Assembly: GCF_030684315.1 (NCBI RefSeq)
Contig: NC_081365.1
Coordinates: 35,305,394-35,369,393, forward strand
Length of the DNA stretch: 64,000 nt
Direction: 5' to 3'
Source: Stegostoma tigrinum
Taxonomy: Eukaryota
Shown here: positions 50,235-62,299 of the stretch, piece by piece
How positions within the stretch are numbered: the first letter of the stretch is position 1
How the letters are laid out: the number at the start of each line of letters is the position of its first letter
Translations under genes and position numbers: made by a program
Notes under the pieces: generated by a model
The model's database searches: none
Told to the model about the DNA's origin: nothing
What the model saw: only the letters and a program-made list of their open reading frames with translations

Positions 50235-50737
50235 TTATTTAATTAAGTTTAAGTTCCCATGTGGCAACAGAGTTCAAGTCTCCTGATCTTTAATATACTC
50301 TCTGTATTTACCAGCTCAGAAATGTGACCATTCTGCTATTGCTTCTCATCACTGAACTAGCATCAGACAAAAAAGCATTTTAGTACTCCAGTCTTCATGG
50401 CTACATGTCATATGTCTTGATATACATTTATTTCAATGTACTAGCTATGTTCCCAATTCATTTCTAAGGCAATTACTACAAAAAAATAAATTGAAGAATG
50501 GAAACTGCTTTAGAAATATAATACACCTGCAAATGCAAATTGACCCTCTCAGCAACAACGTAACTTTATGGGCAAATAGATGTATGGGCAAAACGTTGAA
50601 TAATATTGCATAGGTATAAGTAAATGGATAAATCAGGTAAATAGTTTAAAGAATGAGAACTGAGAGTGTCAGGCTTAACTCAGGCTTAGCTTTTCACAAT
50701 AGTTGAAACACTAAATGAGTACATTCCCTTCTTGCTA

Positions 50738-51958
50738 GCCCTCCTGGGTTTAGAGTGGATATTAGTGGCCGATCTATCCCCAGAAATGGAAACAGATGTT
50801 GTGAAAGGGAAGGAAGGAGTCGGAGATAGACCAGCTGAAAGTGAGGGCAGGGTGGAATTTGGAAACAAAATCACCAAACTTTTCCAATTCTAGACAACAG
50901 AGAGAGAAGCAGCACCAATGATATCGTTGTTATATCAGAGAAAGAGTTGTGGGTGGGGGCTGGAATAGGACTGGAACAAGGAATGTTCCACATACCCCAT
51001 GAAGAGACAGGCATAGATGGGGCCCAGACAGGTACCCATGGTCACCCCTCTGAACTGAAGAAAATGAGGAAAAGTTAAAGAGAAGTTGTTGAGGGTAAGG
51101 ATGAGTTCAGCCAAGCAGAGGAGAGTGGTGGCGGGTGGGGACAGTTCAGGCCTTTGCTCCAGGAAGAAGCGGAAAACCCTAAGACCATTCGGAAATGGGA
51201 ATGAACATGTAAAGGGTTTGCATCTATATGGTAAAGAGGAGGCGGCCAGAACTGGCAAACTAGAAATTTTGAAACTGGTATAAAACAGCAGGAGAATTAC
51301 GGATATACATTGGCGGGGACTGGACCAAGGGAGAAAAGACTGAGTCACGGTAGAAAGAAATGAGTTCTGTGGAGCAGAAACAGGCTAAAACAATGGGTCT
51401 GCCCAGAAAGTCCTGTTTGTAAAGTGCCTCCCACTTTAAAACACCATCCTGTTCCCTGACCAAGCGTGCTGCAGTGTACCATCAAAGCTCAGCATAAGCT
51501 AGAAGAACAACACCTCATCTTCCACTTGGGGACCCTACAGCCCTCCGGAATCAATAACGAGTTCAATAATTTTAGGACGTAAACTCTCCCATGTCCTAGC
51601 CCCCTACCGTACACACCGGGCCTTGTTATCACATAGTCTGCCATTGTACACTACCTATTGTTAGACACTAACAGTCCGCATTAACATCTATTCACCCTCC
51701 TAGCAAGATCATTATCAGTTCATTGTCTAGCCAACTACTCTTCTCTCTCTCTGGGCTCTATCCCCACTATTGTTTACTCCCTAAGCCTTTCCCCTCCTTG
51801 TTTTCTGCATATAAACCAATGTTTTCCTAACTACCATCAGTTTTGAGGAAGGGCCACCAGACCCGAAATGTTAACTCTGATTTTTCCTTCACAGATGCTG
51901 AGCTTTTCCAGCAACTCCTGTTTTTGTTCCTGACTTACAGCATCTGCAGTTCTTACTT
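50738..51958. mobile_element. PLE family C, rearranged (RT piece on -, endonuclease end plus pLTR on +)
   Basis: LILTLNNFSL...GVTMGTCLGPIYACLFMGYVE on -; KLEEQHLIFHLGTLQPSGINNEF and pLTR on +. Confidence 0.85.
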
Positions 51959-51959
51959 T

Positions 51960-52330
51960 TGAGAGGTTCATTTTTGGATGGCCACGTTCAGCCATTTTGC
52001 ACAGGTCCGTGAAGGCCATGATGTTGAATGATGCACTGGTGTCTATCTGATACTTTACGTTGACCTATGTTGTCCTTCTGCAGTCATCATTCCAATAGCC
52101 ACGAACCATGTCTCACCTAATTACTTGACTGAACCAACCTGTTGTATGGTATAGAGTGATTTGGCAGAATCTTCAGCTGATATCTCTGCTGAGGTCATCT
52201 GTACTTGCTTGTTGTGCTTCCTTTTAGCCGTAAAGCACGTGCATAAGTTTCTCCACATTTGACATGCCATCTCCTTTGCATGAAGCATACTCCTTTGCAT
52301 ACTGCTTCGCAATATTCAGATCCTGCCCTT
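51960..52330 (-). mobile_element. Gypsy/LTR retrotransposon gag-protease relic
   Basis: Minus-strand VNVKYQIDTSASFNIM (about 52018-52065) resembles the retropepsin IDTGAS motif; a degenerate Cys-knuckle-like stretch lies upstream. Confidence 0.55.
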
Positions 52331-52551
52331 TGTCTGTAACTGTTCTTCCATTTATATCCGGAGTATCTATCAGCAAACTACAAGACCAGGACTATACTGA
52401 CAAGGCAAAGGAGGAGATTACAGGGTCTCGATGTTCCTTTTCAAATTCTCTTTGGCCAAAGCACAGGTGCGAGAGGACTAGAGAACAGCCAGAAACAAAT
52501 TCTGAGGGATAGAATTAATCTCCACTTGGAGAAGTAAGGATTAATTAAGAA

Positions 52552-52609
52552 TAGTCAGGATGGCTTTTCAGGGTGAGATCTAGTCAGGATGGCTTTTCAG
52601 GGTGAGATC
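52552..52609. repeat. Perfect 29-bp tandem duplication
   Basis: tagtcaggatggcttttcagggtgagatc x2. Confidence 0.95.
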
Positions 52610-52780
52610 AAGTCAGACAAGTTTAAATGAGATTTTTGAGGAAGTGACTAGGTGTGTAGATGAGGGTAGTGCAGCTGATGTAGTCTACATTGACTTCAGT
52701 AAATCTAAACCTGAAAAATGTGAGGTGGTGAATTTTATGAGGACTAACAAGACAGGGGAGTACACAAGAATGATTGGATC

Positions 52781-53014
52781 TTGGATAACAAAGTGTGGAG
52801 CTGGATGAACACAGCAAGCCAAGCAGCATCTTAGGAGTACAAAAGCTGACGATTCGGGCCTAGACCCATCATCAGAAAGTTCTGATGAAGGGTCTAGGCC
52901 CGAATTGTCAGCTTTTGTTCTCCTAAGATGCTGCTTGGCCTGCTGTGTTCATCCAGCTCCACACTTTGTTATCTCGAATTCTCTAGCATCTGCAGTTCCC
53001 ATTATCTCTGATAC
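52781..53014. mobile_element. Fold-back mini-PLE family A
   Basis: Inverted pLTRs centred at about 52878; both arms carry a GAAT change in place of GAAA. Confidence 0.9.
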
Positions 53015-56000
53015 AATGATTGAAACCTAGACGGTTTAGAGGATCAGAGGGACCTTGGTGTGTATGCCCATAAATTCTTAAAGGCAACAGGACAGGTAGA
53101 TAATGTGATTAACACAGCAGATTATTGCTTGTTAAATGTCTTGTTTATGCCGGAACTTACCTTGTTAATTTTCAGACTTCCATCTTACGAAATTTGCCAA
53201 ACTACCAGACACTCGGATACCCCAATAAGGAAACCAGAGCAAAAAAAACCTGGCAAACTGAGCTCGCTGCTTGCTCCATACCCTTCCACTTTGCACGCCT
53301 GGAAACAACACCCTCAGCCACACGCATCCTACCTGCATTGAAATTGGTATTTGACATGTGTCAGCCTCTAAGAACACTAATGGCACATCTCCGATTCATT
53401 TACAGGACATTTCTGCACTTTAGTGTATCTCAGGCTGCACTGATAATTGTCATTGTAGTACTGCTGCGAGGACACTATGTTCTCAGGGACGCACACTACT
53501 CATGGACAGAACCAGGCTACATCTCCAGGCCCTCTGCTTACAGTTGTAGCACTTTCTCACTCTGAACTTACTTGGATTTTCAAAGCATTCCTACTTTGCA
53601 CTGCCTTGCTTTGCCTTTTTGCATTTTGCCCTCTCAGCCAGAGATGCCTGACTCATATCACTGCTGTTTTGACTTGTAGTTGAGCACAAAAGCAGTGCCA
53701 GCAAGTTTGTCATTGTTGCTAGCAGTACTTAGTCAAGTCAAGGAGGATAGCTTTCACTTGGGAGTTCCGGGCACAGAAAGCAGTCCAGACCCATCTTGGG
53801 TGGTCAAAGTCAGGATGCTCTCCTTGCAAGGGGTGAGGAGTTGAATGACAGGCAGTACACCACCTGTCTTGATTCTTTCTGCCTTAATGGGAGATCACAT
53901 ATTATAGAAGACAAAAATGGGTGGCACAACCATTACATTTGGGGCATGTAGGGCCATATTACAAGTGAGTGAGTCAACAGTGCAGGGAGCATGCAGGATT
54001 AGTGGTGTTGGGTGTTAGGGTGGGTAAAATTAAGTGGGGAAGATGTTGCAGGTATTAGTCAGAGTGATAGAACATGAGCCTTAATGGGAGGTGGAGGAAG
54101 TAGGAGAGATAGTGTGATGAACTGGAGGGAAGGTGGAGGCATTTATGGAGAAGAACCTTAAACTTCTTACCAAATTGCTGTGCATTCCTCCAGCTGGCTG
54201 AAAGTACTTTTAAGGGTGACAAGCTCAGACTAGGCTGGTAACATTTGGTATTGTAGTGCCTGGCCCTGGCTGAAGCAGACCTGCAATGTCACCCCATCCA
54301 ACAGGACCTCCAGGTACCTGCCTATGCAGCAGGGCACTGATTTTACTTTGTCTGCTGTGGCCAAAAAAAGCAAAAGATTTGTTCATTAACAAGAGAAGAA
54401 ATAGTACTGTTTTGGGCATTAATGGTTTGTTGCCTACTAGGATCCCAAACATCACTGACCTCATTCCAAAAGCTCTAATTCAGTTTATTTTTAAAACCAA
54501 ACACATTTATCTAAATATAAATGTGACCTCTTGATGAGTTGAGCATGTGTAGTATTCAGATCTAAGCAGGGAGGACTAAACTCAACAACAAGATTTTTCT
54601 AAAAGTAAGTTTGTTTTTCTTTCCAGCATTACATTAACTTCTGTTGTGTTTTTCTATAGTATAGACTTATGGCTGTGCGTGCTGCATGTTAAATTAATCA
54701 TTTAGCAAAAGTGTTGAATGATCATTAAATATCGATAGAGCAAATGGATCTTGTGATCCAGAAAATCTCAGCAACAAAACACAATTTGATACTTAATGAT
54801 GTACAAATCCTTTGTCAAGTAAAATCTTCACGCTGGTGCAGCTATGTGTGAAAAACATAAAGATTTTAATGGTATAAATCTTTCTATAAAACACCCTTCT
54901 TCAAAGAAATACTCAGTTTTAGGTGCATTTGTATGAGTGTATATAAATTCAACAAGACTTCAAGGAGTAACATATGCTGATTTTCTTGAGTAACAATTAC
55001 ATAAGTTTAAATTTAAGACCATTTAAGAAGAATGAAACCACATAGCTCAGATGGTGTCTCATAGATTAAAACTTTTTTTGCTGCAGTATTTTGTGTGATG
55101 AAATAAATCTATAAGAACCCTGAATAACTCCTTTAGAAAGATTAACATGAAGTATTAAGATGTTGCACTTTACAAATAAATAGAAATGCTGCATGATTCC
55201 TGGGGTTTGCTTAAAACCAGAGTGACCTTGCTTTCAACACTGAAAGAAATTTAAATCTAGTATACTACTGAAAATTATCACTATTAAATATGCCCACCAA
55301 CCACAAGCATTGTATGCAATAAAACCAGTAAATGCTGGAAGTACTTAGTGGGTCTGACAACATTTGTGGGCAGAGACAAAGAGTTAACATTTCAGGCTGA
55401 TGACCCTTTCAAGGTTATCATGCTGAATCATTAAACTTGGTTTCACTCTCCATGGACACTGAACATTTCCAGTACTTTCTATTTGTGACTCATATTTTTG
55501 TAGTCTGCAGTATCTTGCTCCAGCATTGCAAGCTAGATATTTTGATTATCCTTGTGCAATTTGATGTGCCAGCCTGGGAATTTCTTCAAGCGCTCAATTG
55601 CCAAAACTGTGGTAAAAGCTGAAAACTTCATGATTTCCACTTATAAATTTTATTAAAGTATTATTAAATTAAATGACCAATATTACTAGTAAACTCTGAA
55701 CATATTTCAATGTCTCTCATTGGAAGTTTGTTAATTTTAGGTGTCAGAAATTGTTTCCTGATGCAGGATATAAATTCCTGTATGGACTTAAAGGGCATTT
55801 AGGGTGAAGTTGCCAAATTGGGACGAGTTTTGTTTTTCAGCATCCAAGCAACTGAGACTGAGGGACAGACAAACGTACCTCAGCCCTCAACTCATTAAAA
55901 TAAATTATTAATTTTACTTTCCCACAGATCAGTAACAATATATCTACAGCCTACATGAGTATATGAGTAACACTAGGACTGTCTCAATTTCTGTGACTTA

Positions 56001-56319
56001 GCAGGTGGATGCCAAGTGCCTTTTTGTGTTGCCTGAGCAGCCTGTCCACCCTCCCTTCCAGCAGAAAAATAGTCAAGGTTAAAGAAAGACACTGCAATCA
56101 CAATGGAACTTCACTAGAATTAAGGAACATACCTTGAGTAGGGTTGAAGATAGATGATAATCAGGTGTCAGATGTTAGCACTTTTGTGGTACAGCGATAC
56201 TATCCCTATCTCTGAGCCAGGAGGCCTGTATACAAGTCCCATCTGCTTCATCGCTCTTTTAATAACATCACTGACCAAATTGATTAGGAAAATATCTATA
56301 ACCCAGGTTCAAAAAGTCT

Positions 56320-56397
56320 AGGCCCGAAACGTCAGCTTTTGTGCTCCTGAGATGCTGCTTGGCCTGCTGTGTTCATCCAGCCTCACATTTTATTATC
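56320..56397 (+). mobile_element. Solo truncated pLTR insertion
   Basis: 78-bp pLTR piece between the 12-bp duplication ttcaaaaagtct (56308-56319 and 56398-56409). Confidence 0.88.
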
Positions 56398-56471
56398 TTC
56401 AAAAAGTCTTTTGGATCTACTTTGTTTACCTGCATTTGAAATGCACAAACCCTACCATGTCTCTGATTGTA

Positions 56472-56577
56472 GCCTACGGTAATAATTGTCTGAAGATACC
56501 TGATCTCACCTGACCTCAGACTTAGGTCTGGTTTGTATTTAGACGGGAGACTGCTTGGGAATACCAGATGAAGCTGT
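56472..56577 (+). pseudogene. Degenerate 5S rRNA-derived sequence
   Basis: gcctacgg...ctgaa...cctgatctc..ctgacctc...ggtctggtttgtatttagacgggagactgcttgggaatacc aligns along vertebrate 5S rRNA, with a deletion in the A-box region. Confidence 0.8.
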
Positions 56578-56591
56578 CACTGTCTAATCAA

Positions 56592-56850
56592 GGGGTCATG
56601 TGGTCCAGTGGTAGTGTCCCTCCCTTAGGGCCAGGAGGCTGGGGTTCAAGTCTCACCTGCTCCAGAGGTGTGTACTCACGTCTCTGAATGGATTGATTAA
56701 GAAATATCTGCAGTGGAATTGTCCCTATCTCTGGGTCAGATGGAGACGTCCTACTTCCAATGGAGGTGTGTCATAACATGTCAAAGAGCTTGATTAAAAT
56801 AACAATGAGATGACTGACTCTTGAGTTGCAGTGACAGTGTCCCTCTATAA
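56592..56850 (+). mobile_element. Tandem tRNA-derived SINE-like units
   Basis: tggtccagtgg A-box and ggttcaagtct B-box; the unit repeats at about 56710, partly at about 56825, with a further copy at 56180-56298. Confidence 0.6.
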
Positions 56851-57279
56851 CAATGTGATATTTGTTAGTAATTATCAATAAATCTTTCTCACCCAGAGGA
56901 TAAACCGTCATAAATTCCTTTCAGTTGTGAACTATTTTCTGATAGGTTAAATGTTAAATTTTAAGTTTAATTTGTCTCCTGACATCCTCTCTGCTTCTTT
57001 GCTACTCTCTTTCAATATAGCTTTTCCTTTACTCTATATTTCTCTGTTATTCATTCATTCTAATTCATCACATTTCAGTCCTTCCACAGTTTATTTCATG
57101 ATCCTGTGGTGAAGATGACTCACTGTTCCATTGTTCATCACAATTCTTCATGTCTTTCTTCCCTTGCTACATTGTGGATTAAAACATGTTAAATTGTAAG
57201 CATGCAGCAACAACTCTAAAAGAGCAACCTGTGGGATGTACCTTTCCATCAAAATCTGGTTATTTCAACTTGTCGTTCT

Positions 57280-57815
57280 TTTCTTGATTGCTTTTCTTTT
57301 TGACCTGTGATTTTCTAACATTTGCTTTCAGTCTTTATTATTTTCACATAACTTAACCTTGCTCATTTTCTCACTCTCCTTAATAACTTGCATTCACAGT
57401 CATTTTGTCTATCGTATGCCTTCCTCCTTGTGTAGCTTTCTTATTCTTTTATACAGTCTAATTTGCTGAACCTAATTTTCTCTCAACTTCTTCTTTCTCT
57501 AATTTATTTTCATGGCCATTATCCTTTCTGTCTGTTTTTTTTTCATTCTTTATTTCAATCATTTTCTTACCCTATATTGTAATTCTTACTGTTTCTTTAC
57601 TTTCACATTCCCTCATTTTTTCTTTCCCCATTCCTATTAATTTTTATTTCTATTCTCTTGTTTTCAATTTCATGTCTCATTCATTTCCTCCTCTTTCTTT
57701 TTAATTCTGTCCTCATTGTTCTTCTCGTACTCTCATTTTCCTTTTCATTTACATTTATCATTATTTAAACTTTACTCTTTTAAATTTGTTCATTTTATTT
57801 TCTTTCACCCTGTTC
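57280..57815. repeat. Pyrimidine (T/C)-rich low-complexity tract
   Basis: Very few G residues on the + strand over about 500 bp. Confidence 0.7.
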
Positions 57816-58414
57816 CCTGGTCATTAGCCTCAATATTAACTTCCCATGCCAAATGGGAGAGGGTTGGAGAAGGAGGATATGTAATCAAATCTGCAAGAAA
57901 CAGTTATAACTTGCTGTGCCTTTTGTTGATGACAGGTCAGTGCTGTAAATAATATTTCCTTGGCTCAGAATCTACTACGTGAGGTCACAGTTACAGGAGA
58001 ACTGTTGGTCATTTAGCGCTGAAGTGAAATGAAAATTCTTCTCTCAAGCAGATCAGAACCTTTGGAATTCTTTACCTAAGAGAGCTGTGGATGTTCAGTT
58101 ATTGACCATATTCAAGGTAGGTGTTTATTTTTAAGTACTTGAGGAATTATGAAAGAATTATGCTAGAAGGTGGAGTTGATATGAGGATCAACCTTGATCT
58201 TGTTGTATGGCAGGGTAGACTCAAAGAGTAAAATGTCCTACTCCAGTTTATAATTCCTATGTTCCTTCTGTTTAAAGGCAAATATAATTTTTCCAGATTG
58301 TCAGCATGAATTTTCTATTCACCACGGGAACATAAAGCCAACTCCAAACTAATCAGGTGAGGTATACTTTCTTCCTAAAGATGAATCTGTAAATTTGCTG
58401 CTCATGCTGTAAAT

Positions 58415-58560
58415 CAGAAACAAAAATAGAAATTGCTGGAAAAGCTCAGTGGGTCTGGCAGCATCTGAGGAAAGGTCATTCCATATCCAATATTAACTCT
58501 GATTTCTCTCCACTGATGCTGCCAGACCCACTGAGCTTTTCCAGAAATGTTTATTCTTGT
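58415..58560. mobile_element. Short fold-back of a family C-like pLTR
   Basis: ctggaaaagctcagtgggtctggcagcatc ... gatgctgccagacccactgagcttttccag is a perfect 30-bp inverted pair. Confidence 0.75.
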
Positions 58561-59345
58561 TTATACTTTCTTCGTCTTTTGCAAGTTTCAAAGTCTTTTT
58601 AAGACAAATGAAATCTCCAAATCTAAATTAATGTCTACCAAAAAATGCCCAAAGTTAGCATTCTGTATTGTGAGGATGGAAAATTGAAATATCCCTTGTT
58701 GGTATCAATGTTGAGTCAAATTGCCAGAAAAATATTGTGATACTCTGAATTGGATCCAGTATTCATACTTGATCTCAAGATGATTGATACCGAGGTTGAA
58801 ATGAATCTAAATGAAAAATGAAATTCCTTACTCTTTATCTCATCACACGAATTACAAGTTGTGCCAAATCACTCACAATGTCTCTATTTCCATTTACTGA
58901 GATCACAACATGATGCTCTGCCTGCGATATAAACCAAACTCCATTAAACTGATGCTCGCTGAACTGAATTTTTTAAAAAATTGGAAACTTATTGTATGTG
59001 AAATTTCTCATATTATAGATAAAGTAATTCTCTTACTCTTTCAGCTGAGAAGAAAGAAGATTAGTCAAAATGGTAAGACATTTGGATATGAACTTGACTG
59101 TCACTGGCAGTAAAATGTAATACTAAGTTTGTACTTAAAAGTTAATACATGTTTATCTTCTGATAGAAATTAATATTTGAATGTTCCAATCTCTGCTGTA
59201 CCCAAAATGCTGTAGTGTTTGTGTGACCTTATCACTAAAGTTAACCTTAATCTCTCACTAGTTTCCTCTCATCTTCTCCTCTTTTGAGCACCTCTCCCTA
59301 TTGCAGCCTTCATGGCTCTCCTTGACAATCTCCTTGACAATCCTC

Positions 59346-59545
59346 AGAGATAATGGGAACTGCAGATGCTGGAGAATCTGAGATAACAAAGTGTGGGGCT
59401 GGATGAACACAGCAGGCCAAGCAGCATCTTAGGAGCACAAAAACTGATCCTTCATCAGAAAAGGGTCTAGGCCCGAAATGTCAGCTTCTGTGCTCCTAAG
59501 ATGCTGTTTGGCCTGCTGTGTTCATCCAGCTCCACACTTTTGTTA
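59346..59545. mobile_element. Fold-back mini-PLE family A
   Basis: Inverted arms; 15-bp TSD tccttgacaatcctc (59331-59345 and 59546-59560), with an extra partial copy at 59319-59330. Confidence 0.92.
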
Positions 59546-60866
59546 TCCTTGACAATCCTCGTTCTTTGCAACCAGCCCAGAGTTTGTCACTGAGGTAGAA
59601 TTCTGAGCTTACTTTCTCATCATTTTATGTTTCTTTTACTTTCTTATGCTAGCATGTGTGCTAGCATCAGTGATAGTCATGACACCGTAGGTCTGTGAAA
59701 GTGTCATTTACATGTGAGCAACAAAGAGGCAAAAATATGGGCAATTGGAGAAAGATAAGTTTCTACTCTGTTAACTCAGTGCTGCCACATAAACCTATGG
59801 TAATTTATGACAGGGTTGTCTTTTCTGAGTTAAGCAAAATTGTGAACTGGTTAGAGACATTCATCAGTCGGTGTTTTTACAGATCTGACCCTGTGAGACA
59901 TGCTAGTGAGTTAAAAATTATTGGGCATAACTCAGCAGCATGAAAAGCTGCAGTGACTGTAAGTGTAGTGAATATGGTGAAATGGGAGTTTCACAAATCC
60001 TAAGTAGTGTCCTTGTAAAAGTGCAGCTTTCTTGTGCACTGCTTCACAAAGTGATGCAGGATAATTAAAGCATTTCTGGTTGCTAATGTTGTTGAATGAA
60101 TTGCACATTCCTCTGCCATGATACAAAGGATAAATGGGATTCCCAAACATGCAACAACCAAGGATTCCCAAAACTTTGAAGGTAGGGAAACCTAAAGTAG
60201 CATGTTCAAAAAATCACAATTTAATGCAAGCAAAATGTCTCCTCAAACCATAAAGTTCTGTATCTGGCAACTTGATTGAGGCCAAAGAATAGTTTAATGA
60301 GAATGCCCAGTGTATGAAGTGAATTAAGGCTTCATATTTTAATTATTGCCAACTACCCCAACATATTTCCCACTTACATAAGAAATTATCCAGAAGAAAC
60401 ACTTAAAAATTAGTGCCTTTTCACTTTCTGTGGAGTAAATTTGGAACTGAAAGAAGCAAAAATGGAAGTGAAGTAGTAGAAAAGTATAAGGTACAACTTA
60501 TACTCAGTTGAGAAAAAGTTGTCCTTAGTTAAAGAGAGATACAAAATAAAGCGATAGGAAAGGAAAAGGAGTTCAAATACCTTAGACCTCAAATTTAGAT
60601 CTTAGATTGTGAATTGCCTCACCTGCCTGAATCTCATTGTAAATTAAGCTCAACTTCTTATGTCCCAACTAAGGTTTATCAGCATTATTTAACAGGAAAT
60701 TTACAGTAATCCCAAGTGTGTAAATATATTCTGATTTCTATTTTAGTGCATGTACATACAAATATGTACAGTCTTGAAAGTGAACTTTAACAGGCTTTAT
60801 TAAAAGTAGTTATATACAAGGCATGGTTACAACGGACATTTTCTGGAACTGTATGCACTCAGGCTC

Positions 60867-61563
60867 CTGATCCACATGATCTGATGTCACATAACATAGA
60901 TCCTTAAGCACATGCTTAGTAGTTATTCTTAGAGTAATTGTATAGTTAACTTTTTATTTCATATCTCCTTCGATGATATTTTATGCTGCTCTGTTTCAGT
61001 TCTAAAATTTAACTATGAACTATGAACTCTTTACTCCCATTTATCCCCACCCTCGCTTTCAAGTCCATTTAGATGTTGATTTCTAATAGTATTCTCAGCT
61101 TCCTTGGTGAGCATCTAGGATGTATGTTCTCTTTTATCATTCTTTAGGAAGGTGAATGCAGAGGCGGAATGGACTAGCACCTTCTCTGTAGATAACCACA
61201 TTTCCAAAACGCCAAAAGAAAGTAAAAGTGCTGATGAGAAACTAGATTTCTGAAACAGAATCTGTGCAAGTTCCTGCTAGCACTGGGGTCCGCTGGCTAA
61301 ACAGAAAATTTGTTTACTTTGTTACTATTTCTAAATCATTAATAGAGTTTTTAGTGCCATAAGCACAGAGACAGATCCTTCGGTCCAATCAGTTCATGCT
61401 GAACATAAGGCCACACCTCCCTTATCCTAACCCATATCCCTCTGATCCACATGATCTGATGTCACATAACATAGATCCTTAAGCACATGCTTAGTAGTTA
61501 TTCTTAGAGTAAATGTATAGTTAACATTTTATTTCATATCTCCTTCAATGTTATTTTATGCTG
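60867..61563. repeat. 122-bp direct duplication (60867-60988 and 61442-61563)
   Basis: 4 mismatches counted by eye; the second copy is fused to a pLTR. Confidence 0.93.
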
Positions 61564-62065
61564 ATGAAGGGTCTAGGCCCGAAACGTCAGCTTTTGTTCT
61601 CCTAAGATGCTGCTTGGCCTGCTGTGTTCATCCAGCTTCACACTTTTTATCTCGGATTCTCCAGCATCTGCAGTTCCCATTATCTCCCTCTAAACCTTTT
61701 GTTTTCATGTACTAAGTGTCTTTTAAACAATGTAACTGTGCCCGCATCCACCACTTCCTGGGAAATTCATTGCACACATGAACCACCCTCTGTGTAAAAA
61801 AACTGCCCCTCTTGTCTTTTTTAGATCTCTCTCCTGTCACCAGAAATATATGGCTCCTAGTCTTGAAATCTCTAATCCTAGGGAAAAGACACCTACCATT
61901 GACCCTATCTATATGCCTCATGATTTTATAGACCTCTATCTGCACCTCTTAAACCCCTACACTCCAGTGAAAAATGATCCAGCCAATCTAGCTGATCTTT
62001 ATAACTCAAACCTTTAAAACCAGCAACATCCTCTTTCGAACCATCTCTAGCTTGATAAATATCAT
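61358..62065 (-). mobile_element. CR1 3' end interrupted at 61444-61684
   Basis: IEVYKIMRHIDRV...FFTQRVVHVCN; the CR1 sequence cccatatccctct|aaacc is split by the insertion. Confidence 0.82.
61561..61684 (+). mobile_element. pLTR of PLE family A with an intact hammerhead core
   Basis: ctgatgaagggtctaggcccgaaacgtcag...cagttcccattatc. Confidence 0.92.
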
Positions 62066-62299
62066 TCTTATTCTGCCAGTGCTCTCTATCATTAATCAGG
62101 GTTTACTTTTCCATGATAATTTTCTGCAAACTTGATTTTTTCTCTCTTTCAAGAGTTTATTTTTTAAACCTAGACCTTAATTTTTTCATTTGTTGTAGCA
62201 GAATATATTTAAGTTAATATTTTTAATTATCTTGATGCTTGAATATTTCTGTAAGAGAGACTTTATCCTCTGCAAATTATTTTTTATGATTGTGTCAAA

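Larger units (their letters stand above)
52505..53125 (+). mobile_element. CR1 fragments with deletions, interrupted by a mini-PLE
   Basis: FEEVTRCVDEGSAADVVYIDFSK fused to PEKCEVVNF; DQRDLGVYAH. Confidence 0.75.

Noticed and set aside
54150-54330. Myb/SANT-like remnant (WRNAQQFGKKF on -), possibly Harbinger-derived
   Set aside because: Too degraded, with stops and frameshifts, to support by eye
56472-56577. Functional 5S rRNA gene
   Set aside because: Many substitutions, a deletion in the internal promoter and no T-run terminator
1700-61684. Recurrent ~100-bp repeat read as a CRISPR-like array or as DNA-transposon TIRs
   Set aside because: The copies are dispersed with no regular spacers, are contiguous with PLE RT/GIY-YIG coding sequence, and have variable-length TSDs
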